NCBI GenBank assembly: GCA_041497835.1
Contig: JBGQHF010000002.1
Location: 16,500 to 80,499, forward strand
Direction: 5' to 3'
From: Terriglobia bacterium
Lineage (GTDB): Bacteria; Acidobacteriota; Terriglobia; Acidiferrales; UBA7541
Length of the DNA: 64,000 nt
Part shown: positions 19,059 to 26,538 of the stretch, piece by piece
Numbering within the stretch: position 1 is the stretch's first letter
How the letters are laid out: each line of letters starts with the position of its first letter
Notes under the pieces: model-generated
Told to the model about the DNA's origin: nothing
Seen by the model: only the letters and a program-made list of their open reading frames with translations
Databases searched by the model: none
Program-made: the position numbers and the translations under genes

Positions 19059-19767
19059 GGGCTTCTCCTGGCTTCAGAGCATGGATTTCGAGCCCCGCGA
19101 TGCCGCGGGCTTCGCGGCGAAAAGCGTCGGCGGTGCCCGTGAGAAAGGGAAATGTCGAGTAGTGCATCGGAACGACATGCTTCACGCCAAGCAACCGGAC
19201 CGCGTGCGCGGCTTCGCGCGGGCCCATCGTGTACAGATCGCCGATCGGAATACAGGCGACGTCGGGCTTGTAGAGTTCCCCGATGAGTTTCATGTCGCCG
19301 AAGAGCGCGGTGTCGCCCGCATGATAGACGGAGAAGCCGCCGGGCATGCGAATCACAAAGCCGGCGGGCTCTCCGCCGTAGATGCGCGTGCCGTTGTCGT
19401 TGATGGAATTGGAGTGGAACGCGTGAGTCATGGTGACTTCGAAGTCGCCGATTTTCTGCGTGCCGCCCTTGCCCATCGGCCGCGTGAGTTCCTCGAACCC
19501 TTTGGACTCGATCCAGAGACACGTCTCAAAGATGGCGACGATCTGCGGCTTGTGCTGTTTGGCCAAGGCTAGCAGGTCGCCGAGGTGATCGCTGTGGCCG
19601 TGCGTGACGAAGATGGCATCGAGCCGGGCAATGTTTTTGAGCGCATCCGGGCAAACCGGATTCGTCATCAACCAGGAGTCAATCAGCGCCACTTGTCCAG
19701 ACGGCGTCGCAATCGAAAACGTGCTGTGGCCGAAATAGGTGAGGCGATTGCCATTTGTATTGAGCAT
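19051..19767 (-). CDS. Metallo-beta-lactamase-fold hydrolase (UPF0173-like)
   Basis: YFGHS, THGHSDH, AFHSNS, YHAGDT, PMHY. Confidence 0.9.
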   Translation of the reverse strand: MLNTNGNRLTYFGHSTFSIATPSGQVALIDSWLMTNPVCPDALKNIARLDAIFVTHGHSDHLGDLLALAKQHKPQIVAIFETCLWIESKGFEELTRPMGKGGTQKIGDFEVTMTHAFHSNSINDNGTRIYGGEPAGFVIRMPGGFSVYHAGDTALFGDMKLIGELYKPDVACIPIGDLYTMGPREAAHAVRLLGVKHVVPMHYSTFPFLTGTADAFRREARGIAGLEIHALKPGEALA

Positions 19768-19777
19768 AGGACCTTCC

Positions 19778-20341
19778 CTAGTGGCTCGGTTTGTCGTTCG
19801 GTCCACCGTTGGAACCCGAAGCAAGCAGCGTTCGAATCGCCGCTTCAAAGGTCTCACGATCCCCGGCACCGAAGTAGTGGCCGATCTGTCTTCCATCCGC
19901 AGCGTAAAAGAAAGAGGCGGGAAGGGATCCATTCCAGGCGGCGTTGACGGCCCGCACGAATTCGTCGTTCTTTCCCGCGCGCTTGCGGTAGTTCGGAAAG
20001 ACCGGCTGATGGCGCGCCAGGAACCGCCGCACCAGGATCATTTCGCCGTCGTCATCGAGGCTGACGCCGACAACGTGCAGACCTTTCGGTGCGTATTGTT
20101 TTGCGAGCTGGTTGAGGAGCGGGTATTCGTCGCGGCAGGGTTCGCACCAGGTAGCCCAGAAATTCACGAGAAGCGCCTTGCCGCGATACTTCTCGAGGAG
20201 TTGCTTGTACCCCTGCTCGTCGATCAGCTCCGGGTCGCGGGGAGCCTTTGCCTGCGGTGCCGCCAGCGCAGCCGCGGCAGCCAACAAAAGAACCACGCCA
20301 AGCCAAGTCCGGTTTCTCACAGTGATCTCCGTCCCTGGCAT
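19778..20341 (-). CDS. TlpA-family thiol-disulfide oxidoreductase
   Basis: Signal peptide; LLVNFWATWCEPC; LPAS. Confidence 0.88.
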   Translation of the reverse strand: MPGTEITVRNRTWLGVVLLLAAAAALAAPQAKAPRDPELIDEQGYKQLLEKYRGKALLVNFWATWCEPCRDEYPLLNQLAKQYAPKGLHVVGVSLDDDGEMILVRRFLARHQPVFPNYRKRAGKNDEFVRAVNAAWNGSLPASFFYAADGRQIGHYFGAGDRETFEAAIRTLLASGSNGGPNDKPSH

Positions 20342-20361
20342 TCTATCCACTCGCGTCACAG

Positions 20362-20377
20362 TTGAGAATCTGATTCC
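20362..20377 (+). repeat. attL core
   Basis: TTGAGAATCTGATTCC, identical to 24847-24862 (18/19 match if extended by 3 nt). Confidence 0.88.
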
Positions 20378-20438
20378 TCCGTCTAAAACCCCGCCCAAAC
20401 AAAGGCCCGAAGCAACACGGTGTCCAACAGGTGTCCAG

Positions 20439-20759
20439 ATGCTCAAAAGATACGGTAAGTGGATGGCCGACTGGCGGGACCAACACGGCAAGCGCCACAG
20501 GAAAGCCTGCCGCTCGAAGACCGCCGCCGCGCAACTCGGTGCGAAGATGCGCCGATGCGAAGCAGCAAAAAAAGACCAGCCCTCGGGGACATCGGCCAAA
20601 TCCTCACGACGTGGGCGCAAGGCTGGCCGCCGAACACCGCGAACCGCCAAGTCGCGCTCGAACTCACCGCGGAAATCGGCCACCTACAACCGCGCCAACT
20701 CAGCAGCTTCATCGCAGAAGCCTTCTTCGCAAAATGGCGAACACGCTACTCGCCCATGA
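20439..20759 (+). CDS. Integrase arm-domain-like ORF (zero frame); possible N-terminus of a frameshifted integrase
   Basis: MLKRYGKWMADWRDQHGKRHRKACRSKTAAAQ resembles arm-type DNA-binding domains; the A7 run at 20567-20573 joins it to the catalytic frame by a -1 shift. Confidence 0.65.
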   Translation: MLKRYGKWMADWRDQHGKRHRKACRSKTAAAQLGAKMRRCEAAKKDQPSGTSAKSSRRGRKAGRRTPRTAKSRSNSPRKSATYNRANSAASSQKPSSQNGEHATRP

Positions 20760-21403
20760 CGCTCTACACACGCCGAGCCATCTACCAACGACTTCTCGGT
20801 GTCCTCACGCAGTACGGCGCACCGCCCATCAAACTCAGCAAGGTCAGAAAACCAGAACCACGCGGCGTCACCGCAACGCAGGAAGAAATCCAGAAACTTC
20901 TAGGCGCAGCGACGCCGGCACTCCGACTCTTCATCATCCTCTGTTGGCAGCTCGCCCTCCGAAGAAGCGAAGCCCTGGCCGTCACACCGCTGTCCTACGA
21001 CGACAAAACCCATACAGTCTGCATCCGGACCAAAGGCGGAAAGATGCGACGCATCCCGCTCACCAGCGACGCGGAAGAAATGATCCGCGTCGCCAGCAAA
21101 TCCGCAGCAGACCCCTCCGAAAGCTGCGTCTCCATCCTCAACGGAAGGCCGATGAAGCGCATGGACAAACGCTGGTGGCAGCTAACGAAGAAATGCAACC
21201 TCACTCACATCCACCCCCACGACCTCCGCAGAACCACCGCGACGAATCTCTACCGCACGACCCACGACATCCGGGCCGTGCAGCAGTACCTCGGACACAC
21301 ACAACTGGTGTCCACAACCCACTACCTCGCGCCACTCTCCGAGGAGCAGCTGCGCGGGATGCACCAACTCCTCAACTTCCACGGAAAGGGAGCGCCCAAC
21401 TGA
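20555..21403 (+). CDS. Tyrosine recombinase/integrase, core-binding and catalytic portion
   Basis: LALRRSE (R), RTKGGK (K), HPHDLRR (HxxR), LGH...STTHY (H, Y); all catalytic residues present. Confidence 0.92.
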   Translation: MRSSKKRPALGDIGQILTTWAQGWPPNTANRQVALELTAEIGHLQPRQLSSFIAEAFFAKWRTRYSPMTLYTRRAIYQRLLGVLTQYGAPPIKLSKVRKPEPRGVTATQEEIQKLLGAATPALRLFIILCWQLALRRSEALAVTPLSYDDKTHTVCIRTKGGKMRRIPLTSDAEEMIRVASKSAADPSESCVSILNGRPMKRMDKRWWQLTKKCNLTHIHPHDLRRTTATNLYRTTHDIRAVQQYLGHTQLVSTTHYLAPLSEEQLRGMHQLLNFHGKGAPN

Positions 21404-21585
21404 TGGACACCAACAAACACATGACGGACCCGGAAGCCTTCATCGCACTCGGCGACCTACTGCTAGACAACTTCGACCCACAGGACACCATGCACGGCAT
21501 CCTCAGCGACAAAAGGGTGGACGCCATCCTGACCGCGCAGCGTGCCCTCGTGGAACGCATCGCGCGCAACACCCCCATAGGCTAG
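21403..21585 (+). CDS. Element hypothetical protein (60 aa)
   Basis: TGATG overlap with the integrase stop; MDTNKHMTDPEAFIALGDLLLDNFD. Confidence 0.65.
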   Translation: MDTNKHMTDPEAFIALGDLLLDNFDPQDTMHGILSDKRVDAILTAQRALVERIARNTPIG

Positions 21586-21593
21586 AGGACACC

Positions 21594-21782
21594 ATGACGA
21601 ACGTCGCAGACCAAAGATGGATAGTCCGCATCACCTGCGGACCATGGGCCATCCGCGAACTCGTCAACGCCCCGGACCAGCGCATCGCCGCAAACCGCGC
21701 TCTGCAACTCTTCAACCACAAATTCGACCCGGACACCGCGATGACCATCACGGTGTCCCTCCAGCAGGAGCCGCACACATGA
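21594..21782 (+). CDS. Element hypothetical protein (62 aa)
   Basis: RBS-like AGAGGACACC directly before the ATG. Confidence 0.7.
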   Translation: MTNVADQRWIVRITCGPWAIRELVNAPDQRIAANRALQLFNHKFDPDTAMTITVSLQQEPHT

Positions 21783-21937
21783 TTGCCGTCTACTACGTCA
21801 AGCTCCGCAAACCAACACCACCAGCGCGGCCGCACGACAACTGCGCCTGCCGCCACGTCCGGCTACACCACGGGCCGAAACGCGGCCCCTGCACCATCAC
21901 GAACTGCCCCTGTCCGCACTTCAAGAGGACACCATGA
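21779..21937 (+). CDS. Element Cys/His-rich micro-protein (52 aa), putative zinc finger
   Basis: ATGA overlap; CACRHVRLHHGPKRGPCTITNCPCPHF. Confidence 0.65.
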   Translation: MIAVYYVKLRKPTPPARPHDNCACRHVRLHHGPKRGPCTITNCPCPHFKRTP

Positions 21938-22152
21938 GCCGCCGCACCTACCGCTGCGTAATCGAGTGGAACCACCGAAAGTGGGGTCCACAAATGCAGA
22001 AGAGCGTGGCGGAAGGTACCTCGATCCGCCGCGCCATCAACAACGCACTCCTGGCCTTCTTCTCGGACACCAGCCAGCGAGAGCATCGCCGCGACGCCCA
22101 CGCCCACATCGAAATCAAGGCGTGGCGCGTCAAGAAAGAAGCCGCGAAGTGA
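21934..22152 (+). CDS. Element hypothetical protein (72 aa)
   Basis: AGAGGACACC before the ATG; ATGA overlap. Confidence 0.7.
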   Translation: MSRRTYRCVIEWNHRKWGPQMQKSVAEGTSIRRAINNALLAFFSDTSQREHRRDAHAHIEIKAWRVKKEAAK

Positions 22153-22373
22153 CGCCACTCGACGCGCTAGAAATCGCAGCCACCGTCCTGATCGCACTCT
22201 GGTGCGGTCAGACCATCGTGCACATCACCCGAACCGCCATCCGAGAGGACACCGCGACGAAACTCCAGCAAGAGGCAGAGCACGGCGCAACCAAACGCCA
22301 CGTCCGCGACGCCCACGGTCAAGGACACCAAGAAGTCAAACCACCAACACCCAAAGAAAGGAGGACCCCTTGA
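22149..22373 (+). CDS. Element single-TM protein (74 aa)
   Basis: GTGA overlap; LEIAATVLIALWCGQTIVHI hydrophobic segment. Confidence 0.6.
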   Translation: MTPLDALEIAATVLIALWCGQTIVHITRTAIREDTATKLQQEAEHGATKRHVRDAHGQGHQEVKPPTPKERRTP

Positions 22374-22531
22374 ACGAATACACAGTGACCATCAGCGACG
22401 GAATCCTCTCCATCCCGCAAACCGTCACAGCCGAAACCCACAAGGCCGCCGCCCTCGAAGCCCTGACCCATCTCGACGAATCGAAGCTCGACCCAGCGGC
22501 CGACCTCATCATCAACGTCACCACTCCCTGA
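22370..22531 (+). CDS. Element hypothetical protein (53 aa)
   Basis: TTGA overlap, AGGAGG upstream; MNEYTVTISDGILSIPQTVTAE. Confidence 0.6.
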   Translation: MNEYTVTISDGILSIPQTVTAETHKAAALEALTHLDESKLDPAADLIINVTTP

Positions 22532-23598
22532 GCGACCGCAGCGGCGTGCAGGGCTGAGAAGCGCCAGCACGCCGCCGCTCGTCTCACGGAGCCGCAGCGG
22601 CATCGGCGTGCCATCGGCGCATCGCCACGGGCCGCAAGAGGAGCGAGCATGCGGCCCGCGCTCGCGCTGGAAGAAGCACGCCTCACGCCGCTGCTGGTCC
22701 TCGGCCCTCGACCAGCGGTGTCCATCGCCGGACAAATCTCAGAGTTGCGCAGCTGTAAAAAGTGGATGCCTGCGCGCGGCACGCGTTCGGCCGCAAATCG
22801 CTTCGCTGCGTCCTCCGCCGTCGGACAGCCGCGCGAGAATCCCGCGCGGTTCTCGACCTTCACTAGTGCGGTTGCGGCGTCGCAGCATGTCGGTCGCCGC
22901 GCAAAAACAAAAGCGCGCGTCGCCCGCCCTGCGCGCCGCCGCGTCTTCCGGCACGCTCCGCCCCACGCCGTACCGCTCTCCGCACGGCGTGGGGCCCGCG
23001 TCGCGGCGGTCCTCGGCATTCGGCGCGCCCGCATCATCGAAGAACGTTATGAAGGATGCGGGCAAACGCGCCGAAAGCCTGTGGGCCGCGCCCGCGCAGA
23101 ACCAGCGCGGTCGCCGGTTCGTGTCCGTGCCGGAACGGGCCGCGCGGCAGCACCCGCAAAAGAGGGCGGGTGTCATGGCCGCGCGGCCCCGCGCCCCGTG
23201 CATCTCCCCTCGTCCGCAGATCGCCGCTCGTCTGTGCGGGCCACCATAGCGGGCGCGGCCTTCTGCCGCGCCCTGGTGTCCCGCAGCTCGCGGCGTTTTT
23301 TGTTGCGGCGGCTGTCCCGCCGCCGTTCGCGTCTCTATCCGTCCTCGTGTTCGGTCAGGGTCTCCACGGGGCGCGGTCCGTTCCGGCCCGGCCAACGGAT
23401 TATTGAAGAGAAAGAAACACCATCGCCCCGCGCGCCGCAGATCGAGCGATGCGGCGCGCGATGTTGCAGCCTGGGCGACCGCGATCGCGGCTCCTGGCTG
23501 GCGGGGAGCCGCGTTCGCGCTACAATCCCCCACAGCAACAGCCAACCGCTCACTGATCGGAGAGCAACCGCCCGCCACACCACGGCGGGCGGCTCCCC
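22532..23598. other. About 1.06 kb hairpin-dense, probably non-coding region inside the element
   Basis: At least 13 perfect 6-11 bp stems, e.g. 22961-22971/22984-22994, 23138-23148/23178-23188, 23429-23439/23450-23460, 23568-23576/23584-23592. Confidence 0.7.
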
Positions 23599-23919
23599 AT
23601 GACGCCCGCAGAACGCCAGCGCCGCTATCGACAGAGGCACCAAGACGAAGAGAAAAACCGTCGAGCCTCACCCCACCACAAGGAAACTCTGGCGCGCTGC
23701 AAAGCCCGCCGCGACCCCAACCGCGATCGCGAGCACAAACAAGAGCTCTACTTCCGCTTCCACGGCCACCACCACTCCGGATGCAACGCTCTGCAACTCA
23801 AAACGCCGCGCCTGTCATGGCTGGACACCGCAGGCCGCATCCACCACGACGACCTCCGCTCGGCCGAAGAAGTGATCGCCGAGCACGAAGAGAAGGAAAA
23901 AAGGGAGTCCTCACAATGA
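23599..23919 (+). CDS. Element hypothetical protein (106 aa)
   Basis: Basic helical N-terminus MTPAERQRRYRQRH; element-type codon bias. Confidence 0.7.
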   Translation: MTPAERQRRYRQRHQDEEKNRRASPHHKETLARCKARRDPNRDREHKQELYFRFHGHHHSGCNALQLKTPRLSWLDTAGRIHHDDLRSAEEVIAEHEEKEKRESSQ

Positions 23920-24224
23920 GCAAGCTGACGCCAAAAGACGCACGCAATCTCCTCGACGTTTACTTCCAGAAGGACACCAACAGCGAGACAGTCGCCGAAG
24001 CAGACCGCGACGCAAAAATCTGGCTGCGAGCGCAGACCGCAATCGTGAAAGGACACCACGCCCGCGAGCTCGCCGAAATCCACTTCGCCGACCTGTCCGG
24101 CAAAGCCACACCTACACAGCTCGAGCTACGCAACCAACTGATGAAAACAATCTGGCTGCAGGCCGAGAGCGAACAACTCGCCAGTGAGGAGGCCGCCGCC
24201 CATGCCGAAACCCACGAAACTTGA
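23916..24224 (+). CDS. Element hypothetical protein (102 aa)
   Basis: ATGA overlap with GGAG upstream; MSKLTPKDARNLLDVYFQKD. Confidence 0.7.
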   Translation: MSKLTPKDARNLLDVYFQKDTNSETVAEADRDAKIWLRAQTAIVKGHHARELAEIHFADLSGKATPTQLELRNQLMKTIWLQAESEQLASEEAAAHAETHET

Positions 24225-24417
24225 GGAGCGCCTGCAGCTGCTCGACGCCGAGCGACTCGTGCTCACCGTAGAGCTCCGCTGCGAGCTCATGCGCCAGGCG
24301 AAGAAACTCCTGCCCGCCGCGATCGCGCAGGCGCGCGCGAAGAAGGGAAGCCCCGCGCTGCTCCGAATCATCACCCGCCTGGCCATGAGGCCCGCCAACA
24401 TCGAGAGAAGGCACTGA
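24202..24417 (+). CDS. Element hypothetical helical protein (71 aa)
   Basis: GAGGAGG upstream; MPKPTKLEERLQLLDAERL. Confidence 0.65.
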   Translation: MPKPTKLEERLQLLDAERLVLTVELRCELMRQAKKLLPAAIAQARAKKGSPALLRIITRLAMRPANIERRH

Positions 24418-24846
24418 GAGCGCCGAGCGCGAAGCGCGACCGCGCCCTCAGCTCAACCAAATCCGAAAAACCGTGGGACCTCACACCCACGACCCAAAAT
24501 CGAGCGCCGCCGCTGACGTCGTGGAAGTCAACTCACTTCACTTCCAAACAACACCGCGCCTCGGGCGGCCCGGCCAGATCGGCTAGCTGTCCGGGCCGCT
24601 GCTACTCGGCGCAGATCCCCAGCTCGACCCTAAACGACCGATAATCGCCCAAAGCGCCGACCGACAAACACGCTGTCACGCACAAACCACCACCCCACCA
24701 CCCTGCCGGTCCCCGACCCGCCCCGACGGACACCAAACCCGCCAAGTGTCCAACAAACCGCTGGACACCGCAGCGAAAAGAGCGTAGACCGATAGCACAG
24801 ATGGACACCGCAGCCTATCGGACCGCAAGAGGCAGGGGCAATAGAT

Positions 24847-24862
24847 TTGAGAATCTGATTCC
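24847..24862 (+). repeat. attR core
   Basis: TTGAGAATCTGATTCC, identical to 20362-20377. Confidence 0.88.
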
Positions 24863-24875
24863 CCCCGCGTAGAAT
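24847..24875 (+). promoter_or_regulatory. Sigma70-type promoter for ferredoxin, overlapping attR
   Basis: TTGAGA (24847-24852), 17 nt, TAGAAT (24870-24875). Confidence 0.55.
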
Positions 24876-24991
24876 CAGGAGAGTCGGCTTGTTCCACCCA
24901 GCGGAGACGTGCTATAAAAGCCGTTTCGCCGGCAGGACTTCCGTCTGGAGAAGCCGCCGATTTGACCGGACCACGCTAAAGGAGATTCCTG

Positions 24992-25258
24992 ATGGCTTAC
25001 GTGATTGCCGAACCGTGCATCGGCACAAAGGACACCGCGTGTGTGGACGTCTGCCCGGTGGATTGCATCCACCCGCGCAAGGACGAGCCGAATTTCGAGA
25101 GCGAGACGCAGCTCTACATCCATCCGACCGAGTGCATAGACTGCGGAGCGTGCGTGCCGGTCTGCCCCGTCACCGCGATCTTTGCTCTGGAAGACCTGCC
25201 GGAGAAGTGGCAGAACTTCACGCCGATCAACGCGGATTGGTTCGCAAAGAAGGTCTAA
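24992..25258 (+). CDS. 2[4Fe-4S]-type ferredoxin
   Basis: [17 protein letters not shown] and [12 protein letters not shown]. Confidence 0.95.
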   Translation: MAYVIAEPCIGTKDTACVDVCPVDCIHPRKDEPNFESETQLYIHPTECIDCGACVPVCPVTAIFALEDLPEKWQNFTPINADWFAKKV

Positions 25259-25342
25259 GACATCCTCGATCCGGGCGCGGATTCGCGCTCGATTTTGGCG
25301 GCGTGCCCAGGCACGCCGCATTTTCTTTTTGGATGGATTGGC

Positions 25343-25801
25343 CTAGAGATCGAGCCGAGCCAAACTTTCGCCGCGCGCCATGCCGCCAAGCGTGCGCTTG
25401 CGCACGTCGTCAAAGGTCGTGGCGAAGAGGATTTTTTCGACCGCCTCCTGAACATCCTGCCACACCTGTTTCAGCCCGCAGCTCTCGGTTTCCGGGCAGA
25501 CATATCCCCGGGATTCCTCGTTCTCCGAACAACTGGATTGCGTGAAATCGCCGTCCACGACCCGGAGCACCTCGCCCACGGTGATTTTCTCCGGCGACCG
25601 CGCCAGGGTGTAGCCGCCGTGCACCCCGCGCCGGCTGTCCAGCACGCCGCCGCGCCTCAATTCCAGAAGGATGTGTTCGAGGTACTTGAGAGGAATGCGA
25701 TGCCGCCGCGCGATCTCCTGGATGGTGACGACTTCCGGATAAAGCAGCGCCAGGTGCAGGACGGCCTTGGTTGCGTATTCGCCTTTCGCTGTGACGCGCA
25801 T
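25343..25801 (-). CDS. Rrf2-family transcriptional regulator
   Basis: KGEYA, IPLKYLEHILLELRRGG, SRRGVHGGY; three C-terminal Cys. Confidence 0.92.
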   Translation of the reverse strand: MRVTAKGEYATKAVLHLALLYPEVVTIQEIARRHRIPLKYLEHILLELRRGGVLDSRRGVHGGYTLARSPEKITVGEVLRVVDGDFTQSSCSENEESRGYVCPETESCGLKQVWQDVQEAVEKILFATTFDDVRKRTLGGMARGESLARLDL

Positions 25802-25941
25802 GGAAGAACCGAATGAGGCTCCAGCCTTTCACACCACTCGCCGCGTGTCAATCTTCGGCGCCGCCTGGTGCTGTCCTAACTCGTGTGATGGGCAAGCCAA
25901 AGGCCGCGAATATCAATTGGCGCGGTAAAAATGGAATCTAT

Positions 25942-26139
25942 CTAGCGGACGCAGACAAGCCGCTGGGGTTTCCACACTAAAAAGGTGAGTGCTCCAATGA
26001 AGAGGGCTGCTTCAATCCAATCTTTGGCTGGATGGCCCTTAAATAAGAAAGCAGTGGCGATGAAGGCAGATGCCCAAACAAGCGACCCGATAACGAGCGA
26101 TGTTCCGTGCGTTTTAGATTTAGACATCATAAAAGGCAT
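25942..26139 (-). CDS. Small two-TM hypothetical protein
   Basis: Two hydrophobic segments; lower GC. Confidence 0.45.
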   Translation of the reverse strand: MPFMMSKSKTHGTSLVIGSLVWASAFIATAFLFKGHPAKDWIEAALFIGALTFLVWKPQRLVCVR

Positions 26140-26175
26140 TATACTCCTGCTTTGTCAGCACCACAAATTAGGACA

Positions 26176-26538
26176 TTACCCGCCGCCGCGCAGCGCGGGG
26201 AAGGCGGGAGGGGTATCCGCCGCTCCGGATTGCAGCGCGGCCAGCCAGGCGCGAATTTCTTCGCGCAGGGGATCAACCGCAATCCCGCCGAAGACGCCCG
26301 GGTAACGCTCCAGCCGCCGCAGCGCGGCCTGCAGCAGGGAAGCGGTCCCCGCGCGATTCCCGCGCTGGTAATGATGAAACGCCGCAGCCACCTGGATCAA
26401 TCCTTGCAGAAATGTTTTCTCCGGTTCCTTCGCCGCGAGCCAGATACTTTCCCAATGCTCATGCGCCGCGAAGAACTTCCCGCTGCGGTAGCAGCACAAA
26501 CCTTCGCGGAGGGCTCCCTGGCTCCAATCGAGTTGCAT
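26176..26538 (-). CDS. DUF309 domain protein
   Basis: FFAAHEHWESIW, FLQGLIQVAAAFHH. Confidence 0.88.
   Translation of the reverse strand: MQLDWSQGALREGLCCYRSGKFFAAHEHWESIWLAAKEPEKTFLQGLIQVAAAFHHYQRGNRAGTASLLQAALRRLERYPGVFGGIAVDPLREEIRAWLAALQSGAADTPPAFPALRGGG

Larger units (their letters stand above)
20362..24862 (+). mobile_element. Small (4.5 kb) integrase-bearing integrated element of unknown class
   Basis: Flanking direct repeats, tyrosine integrase at the left end, coupled small ORFs, and a C/A-skewed composition unlike the flanks. Confidence 0.88.

Noticed and set aside
20362-20377. att core as a tRNA 3' end, dif site or Fur box
   Set aside because: No cloverleaf or T-loop, no XerC/D arms, and only half resembles a TTGAGAAT-type palindrome
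22532-23598. Hairpin block as a CRISPR array, retron msr-msd or integron attC array
   Set aside because: Stems are not copies of one repeat, spacing is irregular, and there is no cas, reverse transcriptase or IntI-type gene nearby
22608-23671. 200-317 aa ORFs across the hairpin block, on both strands
   Set aside because: Arg/Ala/Pro low-complexity, no clear RBS, lack the element's codon skew; open frames are expected in stop-poor GC-rich DNA. Not formally excluded.
23740-23790. FHGHHH as an HUH Rep/relaxase motif
   Set aside because: The protein is only 106 aa, the central residue is not a typical hydrophobic one, and there is no downstream catalytic Tyr motif
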